DNA from: an uncultured Candidatus Binatia bacterium
GTDB lineage: Bacteria > Desulfobacterota > Binatia > UBA9968 > JAJDTQ01
DNA length: 64,000 nt
Assembly (NCBI GenBank): GCA_965242525.1
Contig: OZ251459.1
Coordinates: 960,001 to 1,024,000 of the forward strand
Direction of reading: 5' to 3'
Made by a program: the position numbers and the translations under genes. This document shows, in pieces, positions 1-10,416 of the stretch. The first letter of the stretch is position 1. Each line of letters starts with the position of its first letter. Below the pieces are notes generated by a model that saw nothing but the letters and a program-made list of their open reading frames with translations, ran no database searches and was not told the origin of the DNA.

Positions 1-20
1 GTAAAGGAGAGAAGCTGTCC

Positions 21-2159
21 ATGAAACGTCCATCTTCGAAAGGGGAAGACGGACCACCCGTGTACCCCTCCCGGAATTTCCGGTCCGGACGCCTCCCCTT
101 GTTGTTGCTGCTGCTCGCGCTGTCCACGTTGTTCCTGTGCAACCTGGACAAGGGATACCTCTACCGTCCCGGCTTCCATGACTTCAACACCATGAAGATC
201 CTGACGCTGGCCGAGAACCTGTCGCCCGACCACAATTTCCGGTTGCTCCAGGGGTGGTACATGGAACCGGACGGCGCCCCCACGTACCATATGTACAGCC
301 GCTTTCCCGTGGGCGGATTCGCACTCATCAAGCTCGCCATCCTCCCCTTCGGAAACGACCTGTCCGCCAAGATCCTGGCCGCCCGAATGCTCATGTTGCT
401 CCTGTTCAGCGCCGCAGCGGTCCTGGCCTTCCACTCCCTCGTCCGCATCACCTCCCGGGGCTGGGTCGCCCTGGCCGCCACCCTTGCGGCGTTCTCCTCC
501 TACTACATGCTGTTCTATGGCGACGCGGTTTACAACGAGGTCAGCGTGGACCTGTTCGCGGTCCTGCTGGCCTTCCACGGCATGGTGGTGTTCGTGCAGG
601 AGGGACGGTTCCGGCAGTTGCTGGCCAAGACCTTGGTTGCGCTGCTGCTGGGGTGGCACGTGTACGCCTTCCTGTCGCCGTTCATCCTCCTGGGCCTGGG
701 GAGCGAGGCAGTCCGGGCGTGGAAGGAAGGAACCGCGGTGTGGCCGCGTGTGCGCTTCACCGGGGCGGCGGTGCTGCGCAGCCGCTACATGGCCCTTGGC
801 TTGGCCGCGCTGCTGTTCGGCGCTGCGGTCCTGGGCTTCAACTTCGCCAACGAGTACGCCGCGTTCGGAGGCGAGACCGCGGTGACCGAACTGCCGTTGT
901 TCCGGTCCATCCTCAGGCGCACCGGACTGGACCAGGACTCCGCCTCCGTCGGATGGTGGATGGGTTTCCTGCGAGGGCAGTTCTATCGTGTCCGCATGGC
1001 GTCGGTTCCCCTGGCGCTGACCGACTGGAGCGTCGGTTTGCGTGGGTGGTTCCCCTCGGTTCCCTATTCGGGGTCCGGCCTTTCGGGGCCGGAGTTGTCG
1101 CTTTACCTCCTGTTGTTGCTGCTGGCGGTGGCCGCCTCTGCGGTCGTGGTCCGGCTTGCGAGGCGGCTGTTGCCCCGGCGGCGCCAAATGCCGTTGGCCG
1201 TCCTTGGCCTGTCAGGGTTCTTCTGGGCCCTGCCCATGCGCCATAACGTCGCACCCCTCGCCCACGACCAAGAGGCAGTGTACTACGTGGGGGTCCCGCT
1301 GGTGTTGTACTCACTGCTCCTGCTGTACATCCACAAGCGCTGGGGGCATGGTCCGGTGGTCGGTCTCGCAGTTGCGGCGCTGCTCGCCTTCGTGGTCTCC
1401 GCGTTCCAGATGTACCAGCGGTGGATCCCTGACGCCCGGGCGGCGGAGATCCAGCGGACCGCCATGTCCGAACTCGGGGCCATCCGCGAAACCACCCGGG
1501 GAAAGGTGGTCCTGGTCCTCGAATCCGTCGAGCCGGGATGGCCCGCGCAGGTCACACAGCCGCGCCACGCATGGAGTTACTACCTCGCCGGAAGCATCCT
1601 GATATACTCCCGCGACGTGGAGGCGGGTGCCCGCGCCGCGGATTTCATCGTCACTCGCGACCGGGTGGAGAGCGGCGCCCTGCTCACCCCCGGGAACGAA
1701 CGGATGTTCCTGTATGGTCCCGCAGGTATCGACGACTTGGTGGAGTCGTACCGGGCGGCTTACCGGCAGGTGGTGTCCTCCGGGGCCCCAGCGGCGCGTT
1801 CCCACTTCGACGTCTATCTCGGCGACGAAGCGCTGACCTTCGTCAGGGAGCCTTGCGTCCGGAGGGATGTAAGACGCGAGATCCGCCTGAGGGCGGTTCC
1901 GGAAGACCTGAAGGACCTGCCCGGATGGCTCCGCATGCGATACGGCTCCGACCACATCCTCTTCGACTCCACCGCGTTGCCCATGCTGTTCGAGGAGAAG
2001 TGTATGGCTGTCCTTCCACTCCCCGATTACGCCGTATCCCGCATCAGGGTGAGACAGGCGCTACACCCATCCCGCATCAAGGTGGGACATGCGCTACACC
2101 CATCCCGTGACAAGTTGTATCGATATGGCTGGAAAGCGGAGGTACCGGCGAACCGGTAA
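21..2159 (+). CDS. Polytopic membrane protein, probable GT-C-fold (ArnT/PMT-like) glycosyltransferase with an uncharacterised C-terminal soluble domain
   Basis: 712 aa with many hydrophobic helices, a YSRFPVG motif in the first loop and a polar C-terminal domain (RSHFDVYL...REPC...DLP...C..LPLPDY). AGGAG upstream. Confidence 0.6.
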   Translation: MKRPSSKGEDGPPVYPSRNFRSGRLPLLLLLLALSTLFLCNLDKGYLYRPGFHDFNTMKILTLAENLSPDHNFRLLQGWYMEPDGAPTYHMYSRFPVGGFALIKLAILPFGNDLSAKILAARMLMLLLFSAAAVLAFHSLVRITSRGWVALAATLAAFSSYYMLFYGDAVYNEVSVDLFAVLLAFHGMVVFVQEGRFRQLLAKTLVALLLGWHVYAFLSPFILLGLGSEAVRAWKEGTAVWPRVRFTGAAVLRSRYMALGLAALLFGAAVLGFNFANEYAAFGGETAVTELPLFRSILRRTGLDQDSASVGWWMGFLRGQFYRVRMASVPLALTDWSVGLRGWFPSVPYSGSGLSGPELSLYLLLLLLAVAASAVVVRLARRLLPRRRQMPLAVLGLSGFFWALPMRHNVAPLAHDQEAVYYVGVPLVLYSLLLLYIHKRWGHGPVVGLAVAALLAFVVSAFQMYQRWIPDARAAEIQRTAMSELGAIRETTRGKVVLVLESVEPGWPAQVTQPRHAWSYYLAGSILIYSRDVEAGARAADFIVTRDRVESGALLTPGNERMFLYGPAGIDDLVESYRAAYRQVVSSGAPAARSHFDVYLGDEALTFVREPCVRRDVRREIRLRAVPEDLKDLPGWLRMRYGSDHILFDSTALPMLFEEKCMAVLPLPDYAVSRIRVRQALHPSRIKVGHALHPSRDKLYRYGWKAEVPANR
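2036..2107 (+). repeat. In-frame 33-bp tandem duplication inside the CDS 3' end
   Basis: atcccgcatcagggtgagacaggcgctacaccc / atcccgcatcaaggtgggacatgcgctacaccc / atcccg; encodes SRIRVRQALHP-SRIKVGHALHP-SR. Confidence 0.85.
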
Positions 2160-2230
2160 TCCTCCTCTCCCCGGCCGCGGTGGTCCCACGGACGGCAAAG
2201 GGGAAGCCGTCCATTGGACGATCCCGGAAA

Positions 2231-2259
2231 TTGACAACCGCGGACGGATGCGGTAGAAA
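2231..2259 (+). promoter_or_regulatory. Sigma70-like promoter of tRNA-Gly
   Basis: TTGACA(2231-2236)-17 bp-TAGAAA(2254-2259), 12 bp before the tRNA. Confidence 0.65.
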
Positions 2260-2271
2260 GATCTCCGGGAT

Positions 2272-2348
2272 GCGGGTGTAGCTCAGTTGGCTAGAGCGTA
2301 TGCTTGCCAAGCATAAGGTCGCCGGTTCGACCCCGGTCACCCGCTCCA
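2272..2348 (+). tRNA. tRNA-Gly(GCC)
   Basis: Cloverleaf: acceptor GCGGGTG/CACCCGC, D-arm AGCTCAGTTGGCTAGAGC, anticodon arm TATGC-TTGCCAA-GCATA, T-loop GGTTCGA, encoded 3' CCA. Confidence 0.97.
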
Positions 2349-2406
2349 ACCTCCCACGATCGGGCTTCCTTCCAGCCCCACCGTCAACCATCCGGTTCTC
2401 GACGCC

Positions 2407-2976
2407 GTGCACGGACCCCTGAAATTCGCCACATCCAACCGTCACAAGTTCAGCGAGGCCAGCGCCATCCTTGCGGACTACGGAATCGCCGTGGAGATGG
2501 CCGCCATGGAACTTCGGGAGATCCAGGCCGAGACGCTGGAGGAGATCGCCGCGGAGAAGGCCAGGGAGGCGTCCCGACGGCTGGACGGTCCGGCCATGGT
2601 GGAGGATACCGGCCTGTTCATCCACCGCTTGCGCGGATTTCCCGGACCCTACTCGGCCTACGTGTTCCGCACCCTTGGCAACGAAGGCGTCTTGCGGCTG
2701 TTGGAGGCCGCCGAAGACCGGGGGGCCACGTTCCGTTCCGTGTTCGCGTACTGCCGACCGGGCGCCTCTCCCGAGTGCTTCACCTCCGCAGTGCCCGGGG
2801 CCATCGCTCCGGCGTGCCGGGGAAGAGGGTGGGGCTACGACCCCATCTTCGTGGCCGAGGGAGCGTCGGGAAGGACCTACGGCGAGCTCGGCAGCGACAA
2901 GAACCGGTTGTCCCACCGCCGCCTGGCCCTGGAGAACCTTGCCCGCTGGATGCAGAGAGCCGGAAGCTTCCCCTGA
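2407..2976 (+). CDS. rdgB: Non-canonical purine NTP pyrophosphatase (Ham1/RdgB, XTP/dITP diphosphatase), archaeal-type sequence
   Basis: FATSNxHK, VEDTGL, GFPGPYS, WGYDPIF and KNRLSHR motifs; GTG start. Confidence 0.9.
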   Translation: MHGPLKFATSNRHKFSEASAILADYGIAVEMAAMELREIQAETLEEIAAEKAREASRRLDGPAMVEDTGLFIHRLRGFPGPYSAYVFRTLGNEGVLRLLEAAEDRGATFRSVFAYCRPGASPECFTSAVPGAIAPACRGRGWGYDPIFVAEGASGRTYGELGSDKNRLSHRRLALENLARWMQRAGSFP

Positions 2977-3018
2977 AAAGCCTTTTGCCTCGTCTGCGCC
3001 CGTGAGCGGGAGTTGCGC

Positions 3019-3780
3019 CTATTCCGGCAACGGGTCGAACATCCCTTCTCCGGAACGCGACCGGACCACACCGTCGAAATAGACGACGGTGGTTTCCCTG
3101 CCCGCCGCTGCGGCGTTCCGGGAGACGAAGGACCGGTACATGCCGTACTTGAAATAGACCTCGTCACAGGTCATGGTGGGTCCCTCGTAGGCGACCTTCC
3201 GGTCTCCGTTCACCCAGACCTCGAACCGACCGCGGTCCCCTTTCGTCCAGTGGGCATGGACGACGATGTCGTTCCACTTGCCCACGAACCCGGACGCTGG
3301 CAGGAGCGGGTAACGGCGGTCGAAGCCGGCGATCACCGGCTGGACGTTCAGGTGATACCCCCCTGCGTGCTCCTGGAACTGGAACGCGACCTTGCAGCCC
3401 TTCTGGTGGAACTGGCCGTAGGTCGATTTCACCGGGTAGAGGTTCACGTGACCCTCGGGAAGGAGGATCGACCAGCGATACCAGTACTCGTCCCCTTCGT
3501 ACTGCCTCGGAGGAACCTGGATCAATTCCGACCGCTCCCTGTCGTTGTCGCAGTCGCTCCACCCCCGGTTGGACGACGAACAATCCCCGGGCTTCACCTC
3601 GAACCGCTCCGAGTGCTTCCCGTAGCGCACCGGATGGTCGGGCGCCGAAACGGTCCGATGCCCGTGGCTCGTCGCTCCGATGGGAAGGGAGCGTGTGAAG
3701 CGCCAACCGGGACCGTCCGAAACGCAGCCCGCGGCCAGTTGGCCCAGCAGGACCGCGAGGCACAAGCAACGCCAAGTCAT
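3019..3780 (-). CDS. Polysaccharide lyase-like (heparin lyase I / Polysacc_lyase beta-jelly-roll family) lipoprotein
   Basis: Real gene is the C-terminal 253 aa of the 1143-aa ORF: lipobox LAAGC, RFEVKPGDC, RERSEL, YWYRWS, GQFHQ, YFKYGMYR, VVYFD. Confidence 0.7.
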   Translation of the reverse strand: MTWRCLCLAVLLGQLAAGCVSDGPGWRFTRSLPIGATSHGHRTVSAPDHPVRYGKHSERFEVKPGDCSSSNRGWSDCDNDRERSELIQVPPRQYEGDEYWYRWSILLPEGHVNLYPVKSTYGQFHQKGCKVAFQFQEHAGGYHLNVQPVIAGFDRRYPLLPASGFVGKWNDIVVHAHWTKGDRGRFEVWVNGDRKVAYEGPTMTCDEVYFKYGMYRSFVSRNAAAAGRETTVVYFDGVVRSRSGEGMFDPLPE

Positions 3781-3821
3781 GTGGGTCTTCGCGCCGGTCC
3801 CGTGCCGACTCGGGTCGAAGG

Positions 3822-5234
3822 TCAGGCCCCGTTGACCGCCCGGTAGTGGTCCTGCAGCACCCGGGCCACGCAGCCGGTGAGGTTCATGGCGGCCTCCAGG
3901 TGCAGGAACTCGTTGGGGCCGTGGGCGTTGGACCTGGGACCCAATACGCCGGTGATCATGAACTGGGCTTCCGGGAACTTCTCCGCCAGCATGCCCATGA
4001 AGGGGATGGCGCCGCCTTCGCCCGCGGCGCAGGCGTCCCGGCCGAAGAACTCCCGGGAGGCCCGGGCCAGCGAGTCTTCGAGCCACGGCTGGAAGGCCGG
4101 CGCGTTCCAGCCGCCGGCGCCCTGTCCCGCACGGAAGGTCACCTTGGCGCGGTACGGCGGTTCCCGGGTCAGGATGTCTTCGAGGCAAGCCACCGCGGCC
4201 TTGGGGTCCGCGGTGGGAGGCAGGCGCAGGGAGAGCTTGACCCGGGTCTCCGGGCGCAGCACGTTGCCGGCCTGTTCCAGGGTCGGCAGCCCCGCGGCGC
4301 CGATGACCTCCAACTGCGGTCGCCAAGTGCGGTTCAACAAGAGCTCCGCGGCGTCGCCGCGCACGGGCTCCGCCTGCGGCTGAAAGGGGTAGTCCCGGTG
4401 CACCCGGGCGCCGAGCACTTGCGCCGCGGCCTTGGCCTGGGCCATCCGGTCGGGGGGTATGTCCACATGCAGGTCCCGGGGCCGGATCTCTCCGGTGTCC
4501 TCGTCCTCGATGCGGCTCAACAGGCTCCGGAGGATCCGGAAGCTCGACGGCACGATGCCGCTGGCGGCGCCGGAATGCACCCCCTCGGTCAGGGTCGATA
4601 CCGAGAGCGTGGCGTTGACCACGCCCCGCAACGAGGTGGTGACCCACAGGCGTTCGTAGTCGCCGCACCCGGAGTCCAGGCACACCACCAGGTCCGGGGC
4701 GCCGATGCGGTCCGCCAGCGCGGTGACGTAGTGGGGCAGGTCGAAGCTGCCGCTCTCCTCGCAGGCCTCGATGAGGATCACGCAGCGTGCGCAGGGAACG
4801 GACTGGAGCTTCAGAGCCCGGACTGCGGTCAACGCCGCGAACAGGGCATAACCGTCGTCCGCGGCGCCGCGGCCGTAGAGCTTGCCGTCCTCCAGCACCG
4901 GCTTCCAGGGTCCCAGGCCCGAACGCCATCCTTCCATGGGCGGCTGCTTGTCCAGGTGGCCGTAGAGCAGCACCGTGCCGCGGCCGGACCCGGGGGCCTC
5001 CATGAACAGTAGCGGCGTCCGCCCCTCCGCCCGCTGCACCTCGATCTTCAGCCCCGGCACGTCCTGGGCCTTTGCCCAGCGGGTGAACAGTTCCACAGCC
5101 CGGTCCATGTGGCCGTGCTCCCGCCACCGCGCATCGAAGGCCGGAGACTCGTTGGGGATGGCGATGTACTCTTGCAGGGCAGGGATGACGCTGGTTCGCC
5201 AAGTCTCGCGTATGAACGATTGTATCCGGGTCAT
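3822..5234 (-). CDS. M20 family metallopeptidase (dipeptidase / ArgE-DapE-like)
   Basis: YGHLDKQP, LYGRGAADDG, EACEESGS, NAHGPNE motifs. Confidence 0.9.
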   Translation of the reverse strand: MTRIQSFIRETWRTSVIPALQEYIAIPNESPAFDARWREHGHMDRAVELFTRWAKAQDVPGLKIEVQRAEGRTPLLFMEAPGSGRGTVLLYGHLDKQPPMEGWRSGLGPWKPVLEDGKLYGRGAADDGYALFAALTAVRALKLQSVPCARCVILIEACEESGSFDLPHYVTALADRIGAPDLVVCLDSGCGDYERLWVTTSLRGVVNATLSVSTLTEGVHSGAASGIVPSSFRILRSLLSRIEDEDTGEIRPRDLHVDIPPDRMAQAKAAAQVLGARVHRDYPFQPQAEPVRGDAAELLLNRTWRPQLEVIGAAGLPTLEQAGNVLRPETRVKLSLRLPPTADPKAAVACLEDILTREPPYRAKVTFRAGQGAGGWNAPAFQPWLEDSLARASREFFGRDACAAGEGGAIPFMGMLAEKFPEAQFMITGVLGPRSNAHGPNEFLHLEAAMNLTGCVARVLQDHYRAVNGA

Positions 5235-5249
5235 GCCCGCGGTCTCCGG

Positions 5250-6440
5250 TCACGCCACCCGGCGGCGGCCCTCGTCCGGCTCCGGGAAATGGAAGCGTTG
5301 GACCTCGGCATGGTCCGCGCCCAGCCGGACCAGCTCCGGAAGGTCCAACGGCGCTTCCGCCTCCTGCACCCGCGGCAAGGTGGCGTTGACCGCGGGATGC
5401 CGCGGGACGAAGAGTTGGCAACAGTCCTGGTCGGGTTGCACCGACGTCTCGAACGTTCCCATGCGCATGGCCTGGTCGATGATCTCCTGCTTGTCCATGC
5501 CGATGAGCGGCCGCAGCACCGGGAGTTGCGCGGCCTCCTCGATGACCGCGAGGTTGGGCAGGGTCTGGGACGCCACCTGGGCCAGGCTCTCCCCGGTGAC
5601 CAGGGCCCGGGCGCGCTCCCGGGCGGCGATGACCGAGGCGATGCGGAGCATCATCCTGCGGTAGATCACGACCCGGAGCGGGCGCAGCACCGCGGCGACG
5701 ATGCGGCGCTGGACCTCGCCGAAGGGCGCCAGGTAGAGGCGCGAGACGAACTGGTAGCGGGTGAGCATGGCCACCAGCGCCTTGGCCTTCTCCTGCGACG
5801 ACCGGTCGAGGAACGGGCTGCTGTGGAAATGGACGAAGATGAGGCGGCAGCCGCGCTGCATCATGCGGTAGGAGGCCACCGGGGAGTCGATGCCGCCGGA
5901 GATGAGCGACACCGCCCGTCCGCTCGCCCCCACCGGAAGGCCGCCGGGTCCCGGCAGCCGTTGCAGGCTTACGAAGGCGTTGGCGGGATGTATCTCCACC
6001 GACACGGTGAGGTCGGGCCGGGTGAGGTCCACGCGCGCGCCCGAATGCGCCTGGACCAGGGCGCCCAGCTCCCGGTTCACGTCGTTGGAGGTCAGCGGGA
6101 ACCGCTTGTCCACCCGCCGGGTCTCGATGCGGAACGATCCGAAGGACTGTCCCCGCAGGGCTTCCAGCACCCGCGCCCCGAGCGCCGGCATGTGGTTGTC
6201 CGCGGGTTCCACCGGCGAGAAGTTGGCCACGCCGAAGACCCGGGCCAGCCGTTGGGTCAACTGGTCCGGGGGCACGTCCTGGTTGAAGTGCAGCAGCAGC
6301 CTGGAGGAGGCGTTGCGGATCTCCTTGAGCCCCAGTCCTCGCAACGCCGCGCCCAGGTTCTTCTTGAGGTGCTCCACGAAATAGCCGCGGTTGCCGCGCT
6401 TGAGGGCGATCTCGTGGTATCGTACCAAGGCCGAGCGCAT
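5250..6440 (-). CDS. thiI: tRNA 4-thiouridine synthase ThiI (short form, no rhodanese domain)
   Basis: RYHEIALKRGNR N-terminus, THUMP region, PP-loop SGGIDSPV, TGESLAQVASQT, LRPLIGMDK; start MRSALV at 6440. Confidence 0.93.
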   Translation of the reverse strand: MRSALVRYHEIALKRGNRGYFVEHLKKNLGAALRGLGLKEIRNASSRLLLHFNQDVPPDQLTQRLARVFGVANFSPVEPADNHMPALGARVLEALRGQSFGSFRIETRRVDKRFPLTSNDVNRELGALVQAHSGARVDLTRPDLTVSVEIHPANAFVSLQRLPGPGGLPVGASGRAVSLISGGIDSPVASYRMMQRGCRLIFVHFHSSPFLDRSSQEKAKALVAMLTRYQFVSRLYLAPFGEVQRRIVAAVLRPLRVVIYRRMMLRIASVIAARERARALVTGESLAQVASQTLPNLAVIEEAAQLPVLRPLIGMDKQEIIDQAMRMGTFETSVQPDQDCCQLFVPRHPAVNATLPRVQEAEAPLDLPELVRLGADHAEVQRFHFPEPDEGRRRVA

Positions 6441-6612
6441 GGGAGAGCAATAGCAGATCCGGGGAAATTTTGCATGGAAAGCCGCCTGTGGTACCATGCC
6501 CCGGTGTCCTGGAACGGAAGGGACCCCCTCACGGCGGCGGAACATTCCGTGAACGACGTCGAGCGGCGGTTCCGCCAAGCGTTCTTCCGGGCGAGCGAGC
6601 GATGAATCCCCG

Positions 6613-7866
6613 ATGAAGCCTGCCCTCCTCTCCCCGAACGGCCGGTTCCGCCGTGCGTTGCGCCTCATCGGCTGGAACGCGCTTCTGGTCTTCGTGGGCG
6701 TCGCGCTGGCGGCGTTGGCCGGAGAAGCCTGGTTTCGCCTGACCGTGCCGTTCATGACGCCGAGCCCCGCTCCCCTGGAATTCGTCCCGAACGTAGGCTA
6801 TCTCAGGCCCCCGAACACGGAGATACGCCATACCAACAGACTCGACTTCTGGAACGTCTCCCGCACCAACAGCCTGGGCTTCGTGGACCGTGAACCACCG
6901 AGCCCCGAACGCGCCAAGGCGACCTGCCATATATCCATCATCGGCGACTCCTTCGTGGAGGCGCTGGAGGTCCCCATCGACCGCAAGCTCCAGGTTCGCC
7001 TCGAAGAACTCGCCGCCGACCGGTTGCCCCGCCTGGACGTCACGACTTCGGCCTTCGGGTTGAGAAGCACCAGCCAGGTCCACCAACTGCCGTTCTACGA
7101 CCAATATGCCCGTCGGCTCCATCCCAAACTGCTCGTGCTGGTCTTCGTTGGCAATGATTTCATGGATAACACGCCGCTTCTGAGAGAGGCGCCGCTGGTA
7201 ATGTGGGGCGAGAAACATCGGTTGGAGCCCTTGGTGAGAAAGCGCTCGGACGGGGAGTTGGAATTGGCGTGGCGCCTCTCCCAAGATCCGCTTCCGTCCT
7301 TTTCTCCGACCCGGGAATCGTGGGCCGCCCGCGTCTGGGAGCAAGCGGTGCAGCTTTCCTGGCTTGCCATCTGGTTGCGCGCCAAGAAGGATGCCTTGTC
7401 GTATTTCCTGGGGTACGGGCACAGCAGGGACGTGGAGCCTTTGAGGCGGCAGCCCGGCTATGCTGCGATGTTCGAAGGATGGCGGCCCACCACCTGGAAC
7501 GACGTGCGTCGAGCCTTCGATCGGAGGGGCCTGCCTCCCTTTTTCGAGGACGCCCTGCAATACACCCGCTTCGCGCTGGAGCAGTTCAAGCAGCGCGCCG
7601 ACCGCGACGGCGCCGCGCTGGTCATCCTGGCGTCATACAAGTTGAAGCTCGACGGAAGAACCCACTCGTTCGAGAGAATGAGCGAAATGGCTGCAACCCT
7701 CGGCATTCCCGTCATCGACCAGGCCGACTACATCCTCCGCCAAGGCGCCGAGCTCAGGGACGCCCGATGGTTCCACGACTTCCACTGGAACCCCGCCGGC
7801 CACCAATGGGCCGCAGAGGCCCTGCTCGAATACATCGAGCAACGCCCGGAAATCTGCGACCGGTGA
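6613..7866 (+). CDS. Membrane-anchored SGNH/GDSL hydrolase-like protein (AlgX/AlgJ-like)
   Basis: N-terminal TM helix, TNSLGF, IIGDSFVE block I, FVGNDF block III, DFHWNPAGH block V. Confidence 0.75.
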   Translation: MKPALLSPNGRFRRALRLIGWNALLVFVGVALAALAGEAWFRLTVPFMTPSPAPLEFVPNVGYLRPPNTEIRHTNRLDFWNVSRTNSLGFVDREPPSPERAKATCHISIIGDSFVEALEVPIDRKLQVRLEELAADRLPRLDVTTSAFGLRSTSQVHQLPFYDQYARRLHPKLLVLVFVGNDFMDNTPLLREAPLVMWGEKHRLEPLVRKRSDGELELAWRLSQDPLPSFSPTRESWAARVWEQAVQLSWLAIWLRAKKDALSYFLGYGHSRDVEPLRRQPGYAAMFEGWRPTTWNDVRRAFDRRGLPPFFEDALQYTRFALEQFKQRADRDGAALVILASYKLKLDGRTHSFERMSEMAATLGIPVIDQADYILRQGAELRDARWFHDFHWNPAGHQWAAEALLEYIEQRPEICDR

Positions 7867-7876
7867 CCACCGACGT

Positions 7877-7920
7877 CCCCGTTCGTCCCGAGCGTAGCGC
7901 AGTGAAGTCGAAGGACGCGC
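7877..7920 (+). repeat. REP-like core copy between convergent genes
   Basis: ccccgttcgtcccgagcgtagcgcagtgaagtcgaaggacgcgc matches the core repeated more than 10 times in this window. Confidence 0.8.
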
Positions 7921-7965
7921 CTTCCCCTCCATCTCGAGGGAAGGGGAGACCGGATGGGGAACCCG

Positions 7966-9138
<1,173 letters not shown>

Positions 9139-9228
9139 TGCCTCTCTCCGGCGGAAGACCCGCGGCCGGCCGTCACCGCATGTTCGGGCTCGGGGGTGTC
9201 CGCCCAATGACTGAGTATTCAGCTTACC

Positions 9229-9257
9229 AATGTAGGTTATTGTCGGGACCGAGTCAA
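9229..9257 (-). promoter_or_regulatory. Putative sigma70 promoter of moeB
   Basis: Minus strand TTGACT-17 bp-TACATT in an AT-richer intergenic stretch. Confidence 0.45.
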
Positions 9258-9286
9258 GGTCACGGCCCGGCCCGGCTTCGATCTCC

Positions 9287-10348
9287 TCAGTTCAGCCGGT
9301 AGAAACGGTTGGCGTTCTCCGCCAGGATCTTCCGCTTGGACGTGTCCGAGACGTCTTCCCGCGCCGAGAACTCAGGGATATCCTTGAGGTATTCCTCTCG
9401 CGGGCGCTCATGGGGGTAGTCCGAGGCAAAGAAGATGTGGTCCTCGCCGAACAGCTCGATCACGAAGGGCAGGGTGCGTTCCTCGGACTCGATGGAGACA
9501 TAGACGCTGCCGCTCCTGATGTAGTGGCTGGGGTGGCGCTTCAGGCGGGGCGCCCACTTCTTGCCGCGGCGTTCGTAGCCCTCGTCCAGCCGGTCCATCA
9601 TGAACGGCACCCAGCCGCAACCCGCCTCCAGGTAGGCCACGCGGAGGTCCGGGAAGAGCTCGAACACCCCCTGGAAGACCATGTTGGTCAAATGGATCAG
9701 CAGGGGGATGGGATGCTCCAGGGCGTGGACCTCGGCGAAGGTGTCCAGGTAGTCGAACCCCAGGCCGCGGCTCGGGGCGCCGTGGATGGCCAGCGCCATG
9801 TCCAGGCGGCACGCTTCCTCGTAGAGCGGGAAGAAGCTCTCGTGGCCGTATCCCTTGCCCAGGGAGTTGACCGAGGGCAGCACCGCCGCGGGCATGCCCA
9901 GGTCCTGCCTGGCCCGGCGCATCTCCTTCACCGCGTCTTCGACGCTGTGCACCGGGACCAGCGCGGCGCCGATGATCCTCGGGGTCTGCTTCATGTAGTA
10001 GCCGTGGAGCCAGGTGTTGTAGGCGTGGGCGATGTTGACAGCATAGGCAGGGTCCTGGATCAGCCCGAACCCCAGCCCCGCGGTGGGATAGACGACGGTG
10101 CGGTCGATGCCGCAGTCGTCCAGGAAGGAGACCCACATGTCGCAGTCCGGGTAGTCCCTGAGCCCGGAGGAGCTCATGTTCGACAAACGGGTCCATCCGT
10201 CCAGGGACGGGAACAACGAGTACATGCGCGCCCACGCGGGCTGCCCGTCGCTGCCCACGTACTTCTCGCCCATGAACGGCATGATCTCGCTGGCGTTCTC
10301 CATGATGTGTCCGTCGCCGTCGATCACCGGAAAGCTGTTGGTGCGCAT
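9287..10348 (-). CDS. Amidohydrolase-2 family protein (ACMSD/LigW-like)
   Basis: IDGDGH, VVYPT, AYNTW, IHG, LEAGCGWVP, FASDYPH; start MRTNSF at 10348. Confidence 0.85.
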   Translation of the reverse strand: MRTNSFPVIDGDGHIMENASEIMPFMGEKYVGSDGQPAWARMYSLFPSLDGWTRLSNMSSSGLRDYPDCDMWVSFLDDCGIDRTVVYPTAGLGFGLIQDPAYAVNIAHAYNTWLHGYYMKQTPRIIGAALVPVHSVEDAVKEMRRARQDLGMPAAVLPSVNSLGKGYGHESFFPLYEEACRLDMALAIHGAPSRGLGFDYLDTFAEVHALEHPIPLLIHLTNMVFQGVFELFPDLRVAYLEAGCGWVPFMMDRLDEGYERRGKKWAPRLKRHPSHYIRSGSVYVSIESEERTLPFVIELFGEDHIFFASDYPHERPREEYLKDIPEFSAREDVSDTSKRKILAENANRFYRLN

Positions 10349-10416
10349 GGGGGTTCTCCTTTCGTTCCAATGCAGGCGCGGTTGACGGCAACGGCCGCCG
10401 GCCTTGCGGCCCCCGG

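Noticed and set aside
3781-6450. 1143-aa ORF 3019-6450(-), and similar long N-terminal extensions (59189-63229, 24212-27238, 23334-25829, 14806-17559)
   Set aside because: The upstream parts are off-frame shadows of real genes in GC-rich DNA; only the C-terminal parts carry family motifs.
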